From: Macrostomum lignano
Lineage: Eukaryota
NCBI GenBank assembly: GCA_002269645.1
Contig: NIVC01000446.1
Coordinates: forward strand, 124,001-188,000
Direction: 5' to 3'
DNA length: 64,000 nt
Shown here: piece by piece, positions 1 to 10,828 of the stretch
Position numbering within the stretch: position 1 is the first letter of the stretch
Layout of the letters: the number at the start of each line of letters is the position of its first letter
Position numbers and translations under genes: made by a program
Notes under the pieces: model-generated
What the model saw: the letters and a program-made list of their open reading frames with translations, nothing else
The model's database searches: none
Told to the model about the DNA's origin: nothing

Positions 1-807
1 AGAGAGCCTATAGTTAATGAAATAAATCTTTTGATAAACTAGGCCCTATCTATAACATTAGCCTTAGTAATTCAATAGTAAAAAGTTTAAACTTAGTTTA
101 AAGCTTTAAAAATTAGTATTTCACAAATTAATAACCTAATAATAGCTTGAATTGCTACGAAAATGCATTATTATAAAATTAGGACATATTAATATTGCCT
201 TTGGCTTTGGGTTTGCCTTGATTAATTTTTATTCCTGAAGTAATAAACTATTATTTTTTAATTTTAAAAAAATAAAACTAATAGTATAATTCTATAAAAT
301 AAAAATAATTAGTTACTCTATAAGTGATATTTTAGTTATATGGCTAATGGTATTGATAATTTAAAATTTAAAAATTAGATAAGATCTTTATCTTTTCATT
401 ATATTATCTCTATATATAAAGTCTAGGATAATTTATTTTTTAAAACCAATTTAAATGTCAGTTTGAAATAAATTACTAATGATGAATACTAGACTTCATT
501 GGATATATAGCCAATTACATAGTTTTTGCAATTTCAACATTCTTATGGCCCTATAATATAGCTAGCTACATTGTGCAAGCAATGCATAGGCCACAACTCC
601 TATATTTCTTAGTGCTTAGAGCAATGTAGATAGAGTGGGATTTCAATCCCTAAAATCCTTGGATTCTAATAATTAAAAAAGATTTGAGATTTCTAAATCT
701 TTCTTATCCCAATATTCTTAATTCTATCTAATTGGGGATGTAACTGTGACCCTTTATTGGAGAGCAACCATCAATTGGGCCAGTACCTAGGGATGCCCTG
801 GCTATTA

Positions 808-958
808 TGAATGGGCACCAACACCTGTTGTGAATGGGCACCACAGTTGTTGTAAATAGGCCACAGCTGTTGTGAATGGGCGCCACAGCTGTTGTGAATG
901 GGCGCCACAGCTGTTGTGAATGGGCACCACGGCTGTTGTGAAGGGGAGTCGCAGCTGT
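808..958. repeat. ~21-bp minisatellite upstream of LSD1
   Basis: CTGTTGTGAATGGGC(G)CCACAG, about 6 copies. Confidence 0.85.
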
Positions 959-1051
959 TTTAAAATAGAAATTAACTTACTTTTGCCAGTTTGCTATTAA
1001 AACATTTTGTTCAGTTGCAATCGATTCGCTCGCTCCTGCCAGCTGCCAGAC

Positions 1052-3418
1052 ATGGACATGTCAGACGATGACAGCGCCGCCATTAGTCACACAGGCTCCG
1101 AGGATCCCGAGATTAGCGGAGACGAAGATCAACACGCTGGAGGTTCTAGTAGTAGAGGGCCGGCCGATGAGAATCAGACTAGTCGATTAGAATCTGCCGC
1201 TTTCCAATTGCATCTGCCGCATTCGGAGCTGTCTGACAATGAGGCAGAGCATTTCCCGGACGTGAGCACTGGTAGCGCGGCTACTCGACGTGCATTTGTC
1301 TACATTCGAAATCGTATCTTAGCCGCTTGGCTGGACGCTCCGTTGAAGCAATTAACCTTAGCTGAAGCGCAGAAGCAGTTGGAATTAACTAGCGACGCTG
1401 ATAAAGAGCTCTGCCATCGTATTTTAGTATTTCTAGAGCGTCACGGTTTTGTTAATTTTGGCGTCTTCGAACGATTGGAACGTCCGCTGACTTGGCTAGG
1501 AAATGATGGTGATAAACAGCCATTCCGTGTGCTGGTTATCGGGGCTGGCATTGCCGGCTTAGCCGCCGCTCGACAACTCGAGTATTTTGGTTGCCAGGTG
1601 CGAGATTGCGTTTTAATTCTAATTAAATTTTAATGATTGATTGGTTTGGAAGGCGTGAGGAGTTAGACGAGTGAGGAGGGTTAGACAGGAATGAGGAGGG
1701 TTAGACAGGAGTGAGGAGGGTTAGACAGGAGTGAGGAGGGTTAGACAGGAGTGAGGATGGTTAGACAGGAGTGAGGAGGGTTAGACAGGAATGAGGAGGG
1801 TTAGACAGGAGTGAGGAGGGTTAGACAGGAGTGAGGATGGTTAGACAGGAGTGAGGAGAGTTAGACAGGAGTGAGGAGGGTTAGACAGGAGTGAGGATGG
1901 TTAGACAGGAGTGAGGAGAGTTAGACAGGAGTGAGGAGGGTTAGACAGGAGTGAGGATGGTTAGACAGGAGTGAGGAGGGTTAGACAGGAGTGAGGAGGG
2001 TTAGACAGGAGTGAGGATGGTTAGACAGGAGTGAGGAGGGTTAGACAGGAGTGAGGAGGGCCGAGGGGTTAGACAGGTGTGAGGAGGGTTAGACAGGTGT
2101 GAGGAGGGTTAGACAGGCGTGAGGAGGGCCGAGGGGTTAGACAGGTGTGAGAAGGGTTAGACAGGTGTGAGAAGGGTTAGACAGGTGTGAGAAGGGTTAG
2201 ACAGGTGTGAGAAGGGTTAGACAGGTGTGAGGAGGGTTAGACAGGAGTGAGGAGGGTTAGACAGGTGTGAGGAGGGTTAGACAGGAGTGAGGATGGTTAG
2301 ACAGGAGTGAGGAGGGTTAGACAGGAGTGAGGAGGGTTAGACAGGAGTGAGGAGGGTTAGACAGGAGCGAGGAGGGTTAGACAGGAGTGGGTAGGGTTAG
2401 ACAGGTGTGAGGAGGGGTTAGACAGGTGTGAGTAGAGATTAGGCAGGTTTAAGGAGGGTTAGACAGGCGTGAGGAGGGCCGAGGGGTTAGACAGGTGTGA
2501 AGAGGGTTAGACAGGTGTGAAGAGGGTTAGACAGGTGTGAAGAGGGTTAGACAGGTGTGAGGAGGGTTAGACAGGTGTGAGGAGGGGTTAGACAGGTGTG
2601 AGTAGAGATTAGACAGGTTTAAGGAGGGTTAGACAGGCGTGAGGAGGGCCGAGGGGTTAGACAGGTGTGAGGAGGGTTAGACAGGTGTGAATAGGGGGAT
2701 GTAGACTGGGGACAAATTAATAAGTTTAAATATGTATACTCGTAGTAGTTGACAAGCATTGGGTACCATTTAAAACAATATTACTCTCTATAACCGAGGG
2801 AGTGCATTTACAACTACCGGTGTTAGTAACAACCCGTTGATATTCTTCAGGTGACGGTTCTAGAAGCGCGCAGTCGCGTTGGCGGTCGAATTTGCACTTT
2901 TCGCAAAGGCCCGTACATTGGCGACCTGGGCGCTATGGTAATCACCGGCCTAGGCGGCAATCCGTTAACAGTGTGCTCTAAACAGATTGATATAGAATTG
3001 TTTAAACTGAAAACCAAGTGCCCGCTGTTTGACGACACCGGCGTGCTGATCGATTCGGAGCGGGACGCCGTGATCGAGCGCGAGTTCAATCGGTTGCTAG
3101 AAGCGGCCGCTTATCTCACCCACGAGCGTCGTATTGAAGAGACTGCCGGCCGGCCGGACTGCGAGAAAATGAGCCTAGGGCAGGCGGTTGACCTGCTGGT
3201 GCAGATGCAGGAGCAGCGGTGTCGGGAACAGCAGCTGGTGCATTTGCAGAAGATGCTGGATTTGCAGGTTAGCGATAGGAATTGTGCTTTTACTCTTGCT
3301 CCTGTCTGTCTGTGTCTGTCTGTCTGCCTGTCTGTCTGTCTGTCTGTCTGTGTCGGTCTGTCTGTCTGTCTGTGTCGATCTGCCTGTCCGTCTGTGTCTG
3401 TCTGTCTGTCTGTCTGCC

Positions 3419-3463
<45 letters not shown>

Positions 3464-3647
3464 GTCTGTCTTACTGTCTTTCTTTTTTTCGTCTGTCTGT
3501 CTGTCTGTCTGTCTGTCTGCTTGCCTGCCTGTCTGTCTGTCTGTCTGTCTGCCTGCCTGCCTGCCTGTCTGTCTGTCTGTCTGTGTCTGTCTGTCTCGCT
3601 TTCTGTCTTTCTTTTTTCGTCTGTCTGTCTGTCTGTCTGTCTGTCTT

Positions 3648-3729
<82 letters not shown>

Positions 3730-6700
3730 CATCAAGCCGCCGGTCCAGCCGCCCAAAACCCAACCGCCAACACATTCCAGGACAGCTTAGCCAGCATACT
3801 CAAAGACATGGAGACAGCCAAAACCGAAATCGCTCGCCGTCACGCAGCTTGGCTGGCCCAAGACGCTGCCGCAGGCGGTGACTCTTCTTCGTCTGGTGCC
3901 GATGCCGCCGCCGCCGCCTCTGCCAGCAGTGACTCCTCAAACGCATTCCTGCAGCTGTTCGATCGCCGTTCGAAACAGCGCGATCTGTCTCAGGCGCTGC
4001 TGGAATTTCAACGGCTCAAAGCGAAAGGCGAAGAGCTGCAGGACAGCCTGGACGCTTTGGACGCCGAGCCGCCATCTGGAGTCTACCTGGGCCCGTCAGA
4101 CTCGCACATACTCAATTGGCACAAGGCTAATTTGGAATTTGCCAATGCAGCACCGTTGGACAAGCTGTCCCTGCGGCACTGGGATCAGGACGATGAGAAT
4201 GAGTTCTCTGGGCCGCATCTCACTGTGAGAGTTCCGTCTGCTTTATTTTTATATCTTTAGCATTCTATTTTCCACTCTATCCTATTTTCCATCAGATCTA
4301 ACTTCCATTCTATCCTATCTTCCTCTCTATCCTTCTTTTTTTCACTCTATCTATCTTCCACTCTATCCTATTTTCCATTCTATCCTATCTTCCACTCAAT
4401 CCTATCTTCCACTCTATCCTATTTTCCACTCTATCCTTCTATCTTCCACTGTATCCTTCTATCTTCCATTCTATCCTTCTATCTTCCACTCTATTCATCT
4501 ATCCTCCACTCTATCCTATCTTCCACTCTATCCTATTTTCCATTTTATCTATCTTCCACTCTATCCTACCTTCCACTCTATCCTATCTTTCACTCTATCC
4601 TTCTATCTTTCACTCTATCCTATTTTCCACTCTATCCTTGTAACTTCCACTCTATCTTATTTTCCACTCAATCCTATCTTTCATTCTACTTCTATTCTTG
4701 TATAATCCGTTTTATAGCTCTTTCTTACTCTATTCTCACACCTGACATATTTTGTTATATCTTTAACTGTTTATTTAATTTCTCTTCGCAAACTTCTACA
4801 AGTCCATGTGTCCCCTGCCTGTTCAGGTCCGCAACGGCTATTCCTGCCTGCCCCTGGCCCTAGCCGAAGGCCTCAACGATCTCAGATTGGACACCAGCGT
4901 GCAACGCATCGAATGGGACGCGGAGGGCGCCACGGTGACCTTCAAACGTACCGGCGAAGATCCGGCCACTCAACGAGCTGACGCGGTGATCTGCACCCTA
5001 CCGCTTGGCGTGCTCAAGCATCAACACGAGGATTTGTTCAGTCCGCCGTTGCCCGAGTGGAAAATCGACTCAATTAATCGGCTTGGCTATGGAGTGTTAA
5101 ACAAAGTACTTTTAGCGTTTGATAAGTACTTTTGGGATCCACAGCTTAATCTATTTGGCTACGTGCCAAATAGCGTTGACGGTCGGGGCGAGTTTTTCCT
5201 ATTCTGGAGCGTCTACAAGGCGCCTGTGCTGCTGGCTCTGGTTAGTGGCGAGTCTGCCGAGCTCATTGAAAAGGTGAGTTCACCTGATTATTGCTTGACA
5301 ACAATTCTCTTTATTTACTGCCTGACCCACTGTTATAGCTGTTCCCTGACCTTCATTTAGTCACAGCCTGACCCACTGTTCTAGCTGTTCCCTGGCCTTC
5401 ATTTAGTCACAGCCTGACCCACTGTTATAGCTGTTCCCTGACCTTCATTTAGTCACAGCCTGACCCACTGTTATAGCTGTTCCCTGACCTTTATTTAGTC
5501 ACAGCCTGACCCACTGTTATAGCTGTTCCCTGACCTTCATTTAATCACAGCCTGACTCACTGTTAAAGCTGTTCCCTGACCTTTATTTAGTCACAGCCTG
5601 ACCCACTGTTATAGCTGTTCCCTGACCTTCATTTAGTCACAGCCTGACTCACTGTTAAAGCTGTTCCCTGACCTTTATTTAGTCACAGCCTGACCCACTG
5701 TTATAGCTGTTCCCTGACCTTCATTTAGTCACAGCCTGACCCACTGTTAAAGCTGTTCCCTGACCTTCATTTAATCACAGCCTGACCCACTGTTAAAGCT
5801 GTTCCCTGACCTTTATTTAGTCACAGCCTGACCCACTGTTATAGCTGTTCCCTGACCTTCATTTAGTCACAGCCTGACCCACTGTTATAGCTGTTCCCTG
5901 ACCTTCATTTAGTCACAGCCTGACCCACTGTTATAGCTGTTCCCTGACCTTTATTTAGTCACAGCCTGACCCACTGTTATAGCTGTTCCCTGACCTTCAT
6001 TTAATCACAGCCTGACTCACTGTTAAAGCTGTTCCCTGACCTTTATTTAGTCACAGCCTGACCCACTGTTATAGCTGTTCCCTGACCTTCATTTAGTCAC
6101 AGCCTGACCCACTGTTATAGCTGTTCCCTGACCTTCATTTACTCACTGCCTGACCCACTGTTATAGCTGTTCCCTGACCTTCATTTACTCACTGCCTGAC
6201 CCACTGTTAAAGCTGTTCCCTGACCTTCATTTACTCACTGCCTGACCCACTGTTATAGCTGTTCCCTGACCTTCATTTAGTCACAGCCTGACCCACTGTT
6301 ATAGCTGTTCCCTGACCTTCATTTAGTCACAGCCTGACCCACTGTTATAGCTGTTCCCTGACCTTTATTTAGTCACAGCCTGACCCACTGTTATAGCTGT
6401 TCCCTGACCTTCATTTAATCACAGCCTGACTCACTGTTAAAGCTGTTCCCTGACCTTTATTTAGTCACAGCCTGACCCACTGTTATAGCTGTTCCCTGAC
6501 CTTCATTTAGTCACAGCCTGACCCACTGTTATAGCTGTTCCCTGACCTTCATTTACTCACTGCCTGACCCACTGTTATAGCTGTTCCCTGACCTTCATTT
6601 ACTCACTGCCTGACCCACTGTTAAAGCTGTTCCCTGACCTTCATTTACTCACTGCCTGACCCACTGTTATAGCTGTTCCCTGACCTTCATTTACTCACTG

Positions 6701-7233
6701 CCTGACTCACTTCTATTCGTATCTAATGGCTTCCTGACCCACCTTTATTACCTCTCTCTCTTACCACTCTCCCCCATCTCCTCATCCAACCGCAGGCCTC
6801 AGACGAAGCCATAGTGGAGCGCGCCCTGTCTGTCCTGGGCAAAATTTTTGGCTCAGCGCCAACGCCCAAGCACTCGGTGGTCACCCGCTGGCGCTCCGAC
6901 CCGTACAGCCGCGGCTCCTATTCCTACGTTGCCGTCGGGGCTTCCGGCGACGATTACGACGCTCTGTCCCGGCCGGTTGCCGCCACGCCGGACGCGGCCG
7001 ACGCGGACGCCGGCGCCGCAGTTGCCCGCCTGCCAGCCCGGCTGCTATTCGCTGGCGAGCACACCAACCGGCAGTATCCGGCCACCGTGCATGGCGCTTT
7101 GTTAAGCGGATTTCGCGAGGCTGGCCGACTGTGCGATCTGTTCGGCAATAGCTTCGGCAGCGGGGAAGACGGTAGCGCGGTTGGAGCTGGGTCTGCTGCT
7201 CCTGCTGCTGCTGGTACCGGAAGCGCCGAGTGA
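1052..7233 (+). CDS. KDM1A: Lysine-specific histone demethylase 1 (LSD1), 5 exons, ~763 aa
   Basis: Exons 1052-1597, 2851-3267, 3781-4224, 4827-5273, 6796-7233, all GT-AG and phase 0. SWIRM region, FAD motif VLVIGAGIAGLAAA..EARSRVGGR, Tower domain, WHKANLEFANA..WDQDD, catalytic Lys in GYGVLNKV, and FAGEHT..YPATVHGALLSG. AATAAA at ~7258. Confidence 0.96.
1655..2690. repeat. 20-bp minisatellite, LSD1 intron 1
   Basis: GAGGAGGGTTAGACAGGAGT tandem array. Confidence 0.97.
3301..3729. repeat. (TCTG)n microsatellite, LSD1 intron 2
   Basis: Directly visible. Confidence 0.97.
4262..4700. repeat. Degenerate ~17-bp minisatellite, LSD1 intron 3
   Basis: CTATCCTATCTTCCACT variants. Confidence 0.85.
5320..6710. 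repeat. 46-bp minisatellite, LSD1 intron 4
   Basis: AGTCACAGCCTGACCCACTGTTATAGCTGTTCCCTGACCTTCATTT, about 30 copies. Confidence 0.97.
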
Positions 7234-7745
7234 TTTTGCTTATCTTGCTGTCTATACAATAAAAAAGAAAAATAGTAGGTAGGGACCTCTCTCTCTCCCA
7301 GTCCCATTGTGATTCTTATCTCCCTCTCACCCTCCCTCATTCCTTCCCGTTTCCTTAGTCAATACGCTTTTACTGACAAACATATAACAACGTTAACATT
7401 TACATGCTATTGTGTATTTTTTGCGCATGTTGAATAAAAATTGTTAATCCTTTAAATGCTTTTGTTAAGTAAATGGTAAAAATCGCGTAAGATTTATACT
7501 AACTACTCGTATCAGTAGTAGTATTTCTTGTTCTAATGCATAGTGTTCATTTTTACTGTAGATATGCTTTCTAACTCGTAGACAAATTACTGTTGTCATA
7601 TTTTCCAAGCCAATTGAGCGTAGGAGCAACATATTTTAATCCTTAGTGGTGAACCAAACTATTAAAGACTGGTTTTTAATTGTCTTTCGCCGAAAAGGGG
7701 TCTGTGGAGCTTCTAAGCGCAATCGGCTTGGAACTTTTTATTTTA

Positions 7746-8260
7746 TAGCATTCATCATTTAATTCGAGTGATCGAGTGATTACACTCAATCATATTCAAT
7801 CAATGTTTCTACTTTCGTCTATGGTCGAAACACTGCCCGTCTATGATCAAAACATCGGTCGTCTGGTCAAAGCACCGACCATCTATGGTCAAAGCACCGC
7901 TTATGGTCAAAATACCGTCTATGGTCTGTAGCTTGGGCAGAGCATTGGATTTAAGAATTTAAAACAGTGTTTTGACCCTAGACGGTGCTTTGACCAAAGG
8001 CGGTGTTTTGACCATAGACGGCCGGTGCTTTGACCATAGACGGCCGTTGCTTTGACCATAGACGACCGTTGCTTTGACCATAGACGGTGTTTTGACCATA
8101 GACAGTGTTTTGACCATAGACAGTGTTTTGACCATAGACGGCCGGTGTTTTGACCATAGACGGTGCTTTGACCATAGACAATCTTCGAATCGTGGGTTGA
8201 ATATGATTGGCCCTGTCTTGAATTGAATGCTCGACTGCTTAAAGAAAATGATAAATGCTA
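7746..8260. mobile_element. Foldback-like element with inverted minisatellite arms
   Basis: Inverted pairs 7746-7760/8246-8260 and 7787-7799/8197-8209; CTATGGTCAAA units on the left face TTTGACCATAG units on the right. Confidence 0.6.
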
Positions 8261-8696
8261 TGTTAATCCTCAACCAGCTTCTCAACCAGTGAATTTAACT
8301 AATCATTTCTTACATTTTGCATTTCAATTTTTTGTTTAAAATGCTTATATAGTTCAATTTTTTTGTTTGTTAGTATCTAGTTGTTTTCAATTACAAATTT
8401 ATAAAATCCGGTTACGCTTAAAAATTGTCGTGCTGTCCCGGTTGCTTCAAAATTCTTAATACCTAAAATGCGAATAATTCATAATGCTTTATTGTTTGGC
8501 AGCAATGCACCTTACACTTAGCACTGTGCGACTGTAATAACTAAATACTGTTGTAATTGATATTGTTCAGTTAAATTTGTTGCATTGTCCGTATAGTATA
8601 CATACATATACAATATTATACATAGTACTGCTATTGCCAACTGAATATATGACTTCTCTTTGCTTTTATTTCTCAGGTTCCAATTGCTAAACAAAA

Positions 8697-9260
8697 GCCA
8701 GCCTCCCAGAGTGTCAGTTGTTGGGCCAGCCTCCCAGAGTGTCAGTTGCTGAGCCAGCCTCCCAGAGTGTCAGTTGCTGGACCAGCCTCCCAGAGTGTCA
8801 GTTGCTGGGCCCGCCTCTCAGAGTGTCAGTTGCTGGACCAGCCTCCCAGATCCTCAGTTGCTGGGTCAGCCTTCCAGATCCTCAGTTGCTGGGTCAGCCT
8901 TCCAGATCCTCAGTTGCTTGACCAGCCTCCCAAATCCTCAGTTGCTGGGCCAGCCTCCCAGATCCTCAGTTGCTGGACCAGCCTCCCAGATCCTCAGTTG
9001 CTGGGCCACCAGCCTCCCAGATATTCAATTGCTGGGCCAGCCTTCCAGATTCTCAGTTGGTGGGCCAGCCTCCCAGATCCTCAGTTGCTGGACCAGCCTT
9101 CCAGATCCTCAGTTGCTGGACCAGCCTTCCAGATCCTCAGTTGCTGCGCCAGCCTCCCAGATCCTCAGTTGCTGGACCAGCCTTCCAGATCCTCAGTTGC
9201 TGGACCAGCCTTCCAGATCCTCAGTTTCTGGGCCAGCCTCCCAGATCCTCAGTTGCTGAG
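8697..9260. repeat. 28-bp minisatellite upstream of MRPL57 (same family as 45222-46650)
   Basis: CCAGCCTCCCAGATCCTCAGTTGCTGGG. Confidence 0.95.
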
Positions 9261-9332
9261 CTACCACCGCTTGGTTCTCCCGAACCGGTTAATGTAAAAG
9301 CGCAGTCTTACATAAGCTGAAACCCTGCCCCA

Positions 9333-9692
9333 TTGCTGCATCTGTCCTTGAGCCTGCTGGGCCGCTTCGTGCCCACCAAGTCGGTGCCCGGCTCCCTGTT
9401 CGCTGGCAAACGCCGTGTTATTGCTCGCCTAACCAACGCTCGAAAGTCTGCCACAATCAACGAGCTGCTGGTTCAACGCGAGAACCTGCGCCACCTGTCC
9501 ACCCAGTACCTGGATCGTCGCCAAGAGGCCAGCATCGCTCATTATCGCCAGGCTGCGGAGATTCGTCGCGAAGAGGATGAGTTTTACGCTGTTTACGCCG
9601 AGCATTTCCGCCGGGTCCGCCCGAGTCGGTCGCTGGCTGAAGAGTGCAGGCGCACTTATCTGCGCACACAGAACTGGGAGAGGGACAGTTAA
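9333..9692 (+). CDS. MRPL57: Mitochondrial ribosomal protein mL63 (MRPL57/MRP63)-like; no in-frame ATG
   Basis: LHLSLSLLGR..PGSLFAGKRR..RENLRHLSTQYLDRRQE..YLRTQNWE resembles the mL63 pattern (PGxxxxGKxR, YLTxEQE, C-terminal W), recalled rather than searched. In-frame TGA at 9318; start codon unresolved. Confidence 0.7.
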   Translation: MLHLSLSLLGRFVPTKSVPGSLFAGKRRVIARLTNARKSATINELLVQRENLRHLSTQYLDRRQEASIAHYRQAAEIRREEDEFYAVYAEHFRRVRPSRSLAEECRRTYLRTQNWERDS

Positions 9693-10011
9693 TTAGCATT
9701 TTTATTATAATTAGATCTGCTTGACTTAATTAAGTCCTCTGTAGTTATTGCACAACCGTAATATTTGATTAAACTTAGAAAAAACTTACTTGAACGTGTT
9801 TTGCGTTGATTATTGCAATCTGAATAAAACTGTTTTCTGTATCTGCTTTTTTGTTTGTACCAATTCACATCTGACTTTTGGAATTCTCTTGAAGTGCATG
9901 GACCAGAAATTCTTATTTTCCAAATATCCTAGTATAAGGTAATTGGGATTACGAAGTTTAGTGTAAATTTTAGATTTGGAATTGTAAAGATTGAGAAATC
10001 TTTAGAATCTG

Positions 10012-10545
10012 AAGATTGGAGACTGTAGAGATCAAGGAATGTGAAGATTGGGGACTGTAGAGATCAAGGAATGTGAAGATTGGGACTGTAGAGATTAAGG
10101 AATGTGAAGATTGGGACTGTAGCGATAAGGAATGTGAAGATTGGGACTGTAGAGATTAAGGAATGTGAAGATTGGGGACTGTAGAGATCAAGGAATGTGA
10201 AGATTGGGACTGTAGAGATTAAGGAATGTGAAGATTGGGACTGTAGCGATAAGGAATGTGAAGATTGGGACTGTAGAGATTAAGGAATGTGAAGATTGAG
10301 ACTGTAGAGATTAAGGAATGTGAAGATTGGGACTGTAGAGATTAAGGAATGTGAAGATTGGGGACTGTAGAGATCAAGGAATGTGAAGATTGGGACTGTA
10401 GAGATTAAGGAATGTGAAGATTGGGACTGTAGAGATTAAGGAATGTGAAGATTGGGACTGTAGCGATAAGGAATGTGAAGATTGAGACCGTAGAGATTAA
10501 GGAATGTGAAGATTGGGACCGTAGAGATTAAGGAATGTGAAGATG
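10012..10545. repeat. 31-bp minisatellite between MRPL57 and POLB
   Basis: GGGACTGTAGAGATTAAGGAATGTGAAGATT. Confidence 0.95.
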
Positions 10546-10828
10546 TACAGAATGTTGACTGTAAAGTTTAGTGAATATGGTGCTTGTGCGATATGAAGTT
10601 TGGGTTTATTTTGAAAACGCCTAGTATATTGTACTACTAATCAGTAGACAAGTAAAGAAATACATTTAATAATACCGTAGACGCTTTCTCGAACTAACGT
10701 ACATGTAAGGGGATTTCCGAAACAGAAAGTTACAGAAATTCAGATTGAGTCCATTACTGACAACAATATTAATTTAAAAAATTCGTCAACCCATTTTATT
10801 ATTCCAGTTCCAGCCTTACCTTATCGAA

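Noticed and set aside
1655-2690. Telomere-like GGGTTAG, also (CCCAAA)n at 58160
   Set aside because: Only a fragment within a longer unit, or not TTAGGG; no true telomeric array.
8677-9320. Separate small gene or exon spanning the 28-bp array
   Set aside because: No ATG or upstream partner exon, and the frames are broken by the repeat copy number.
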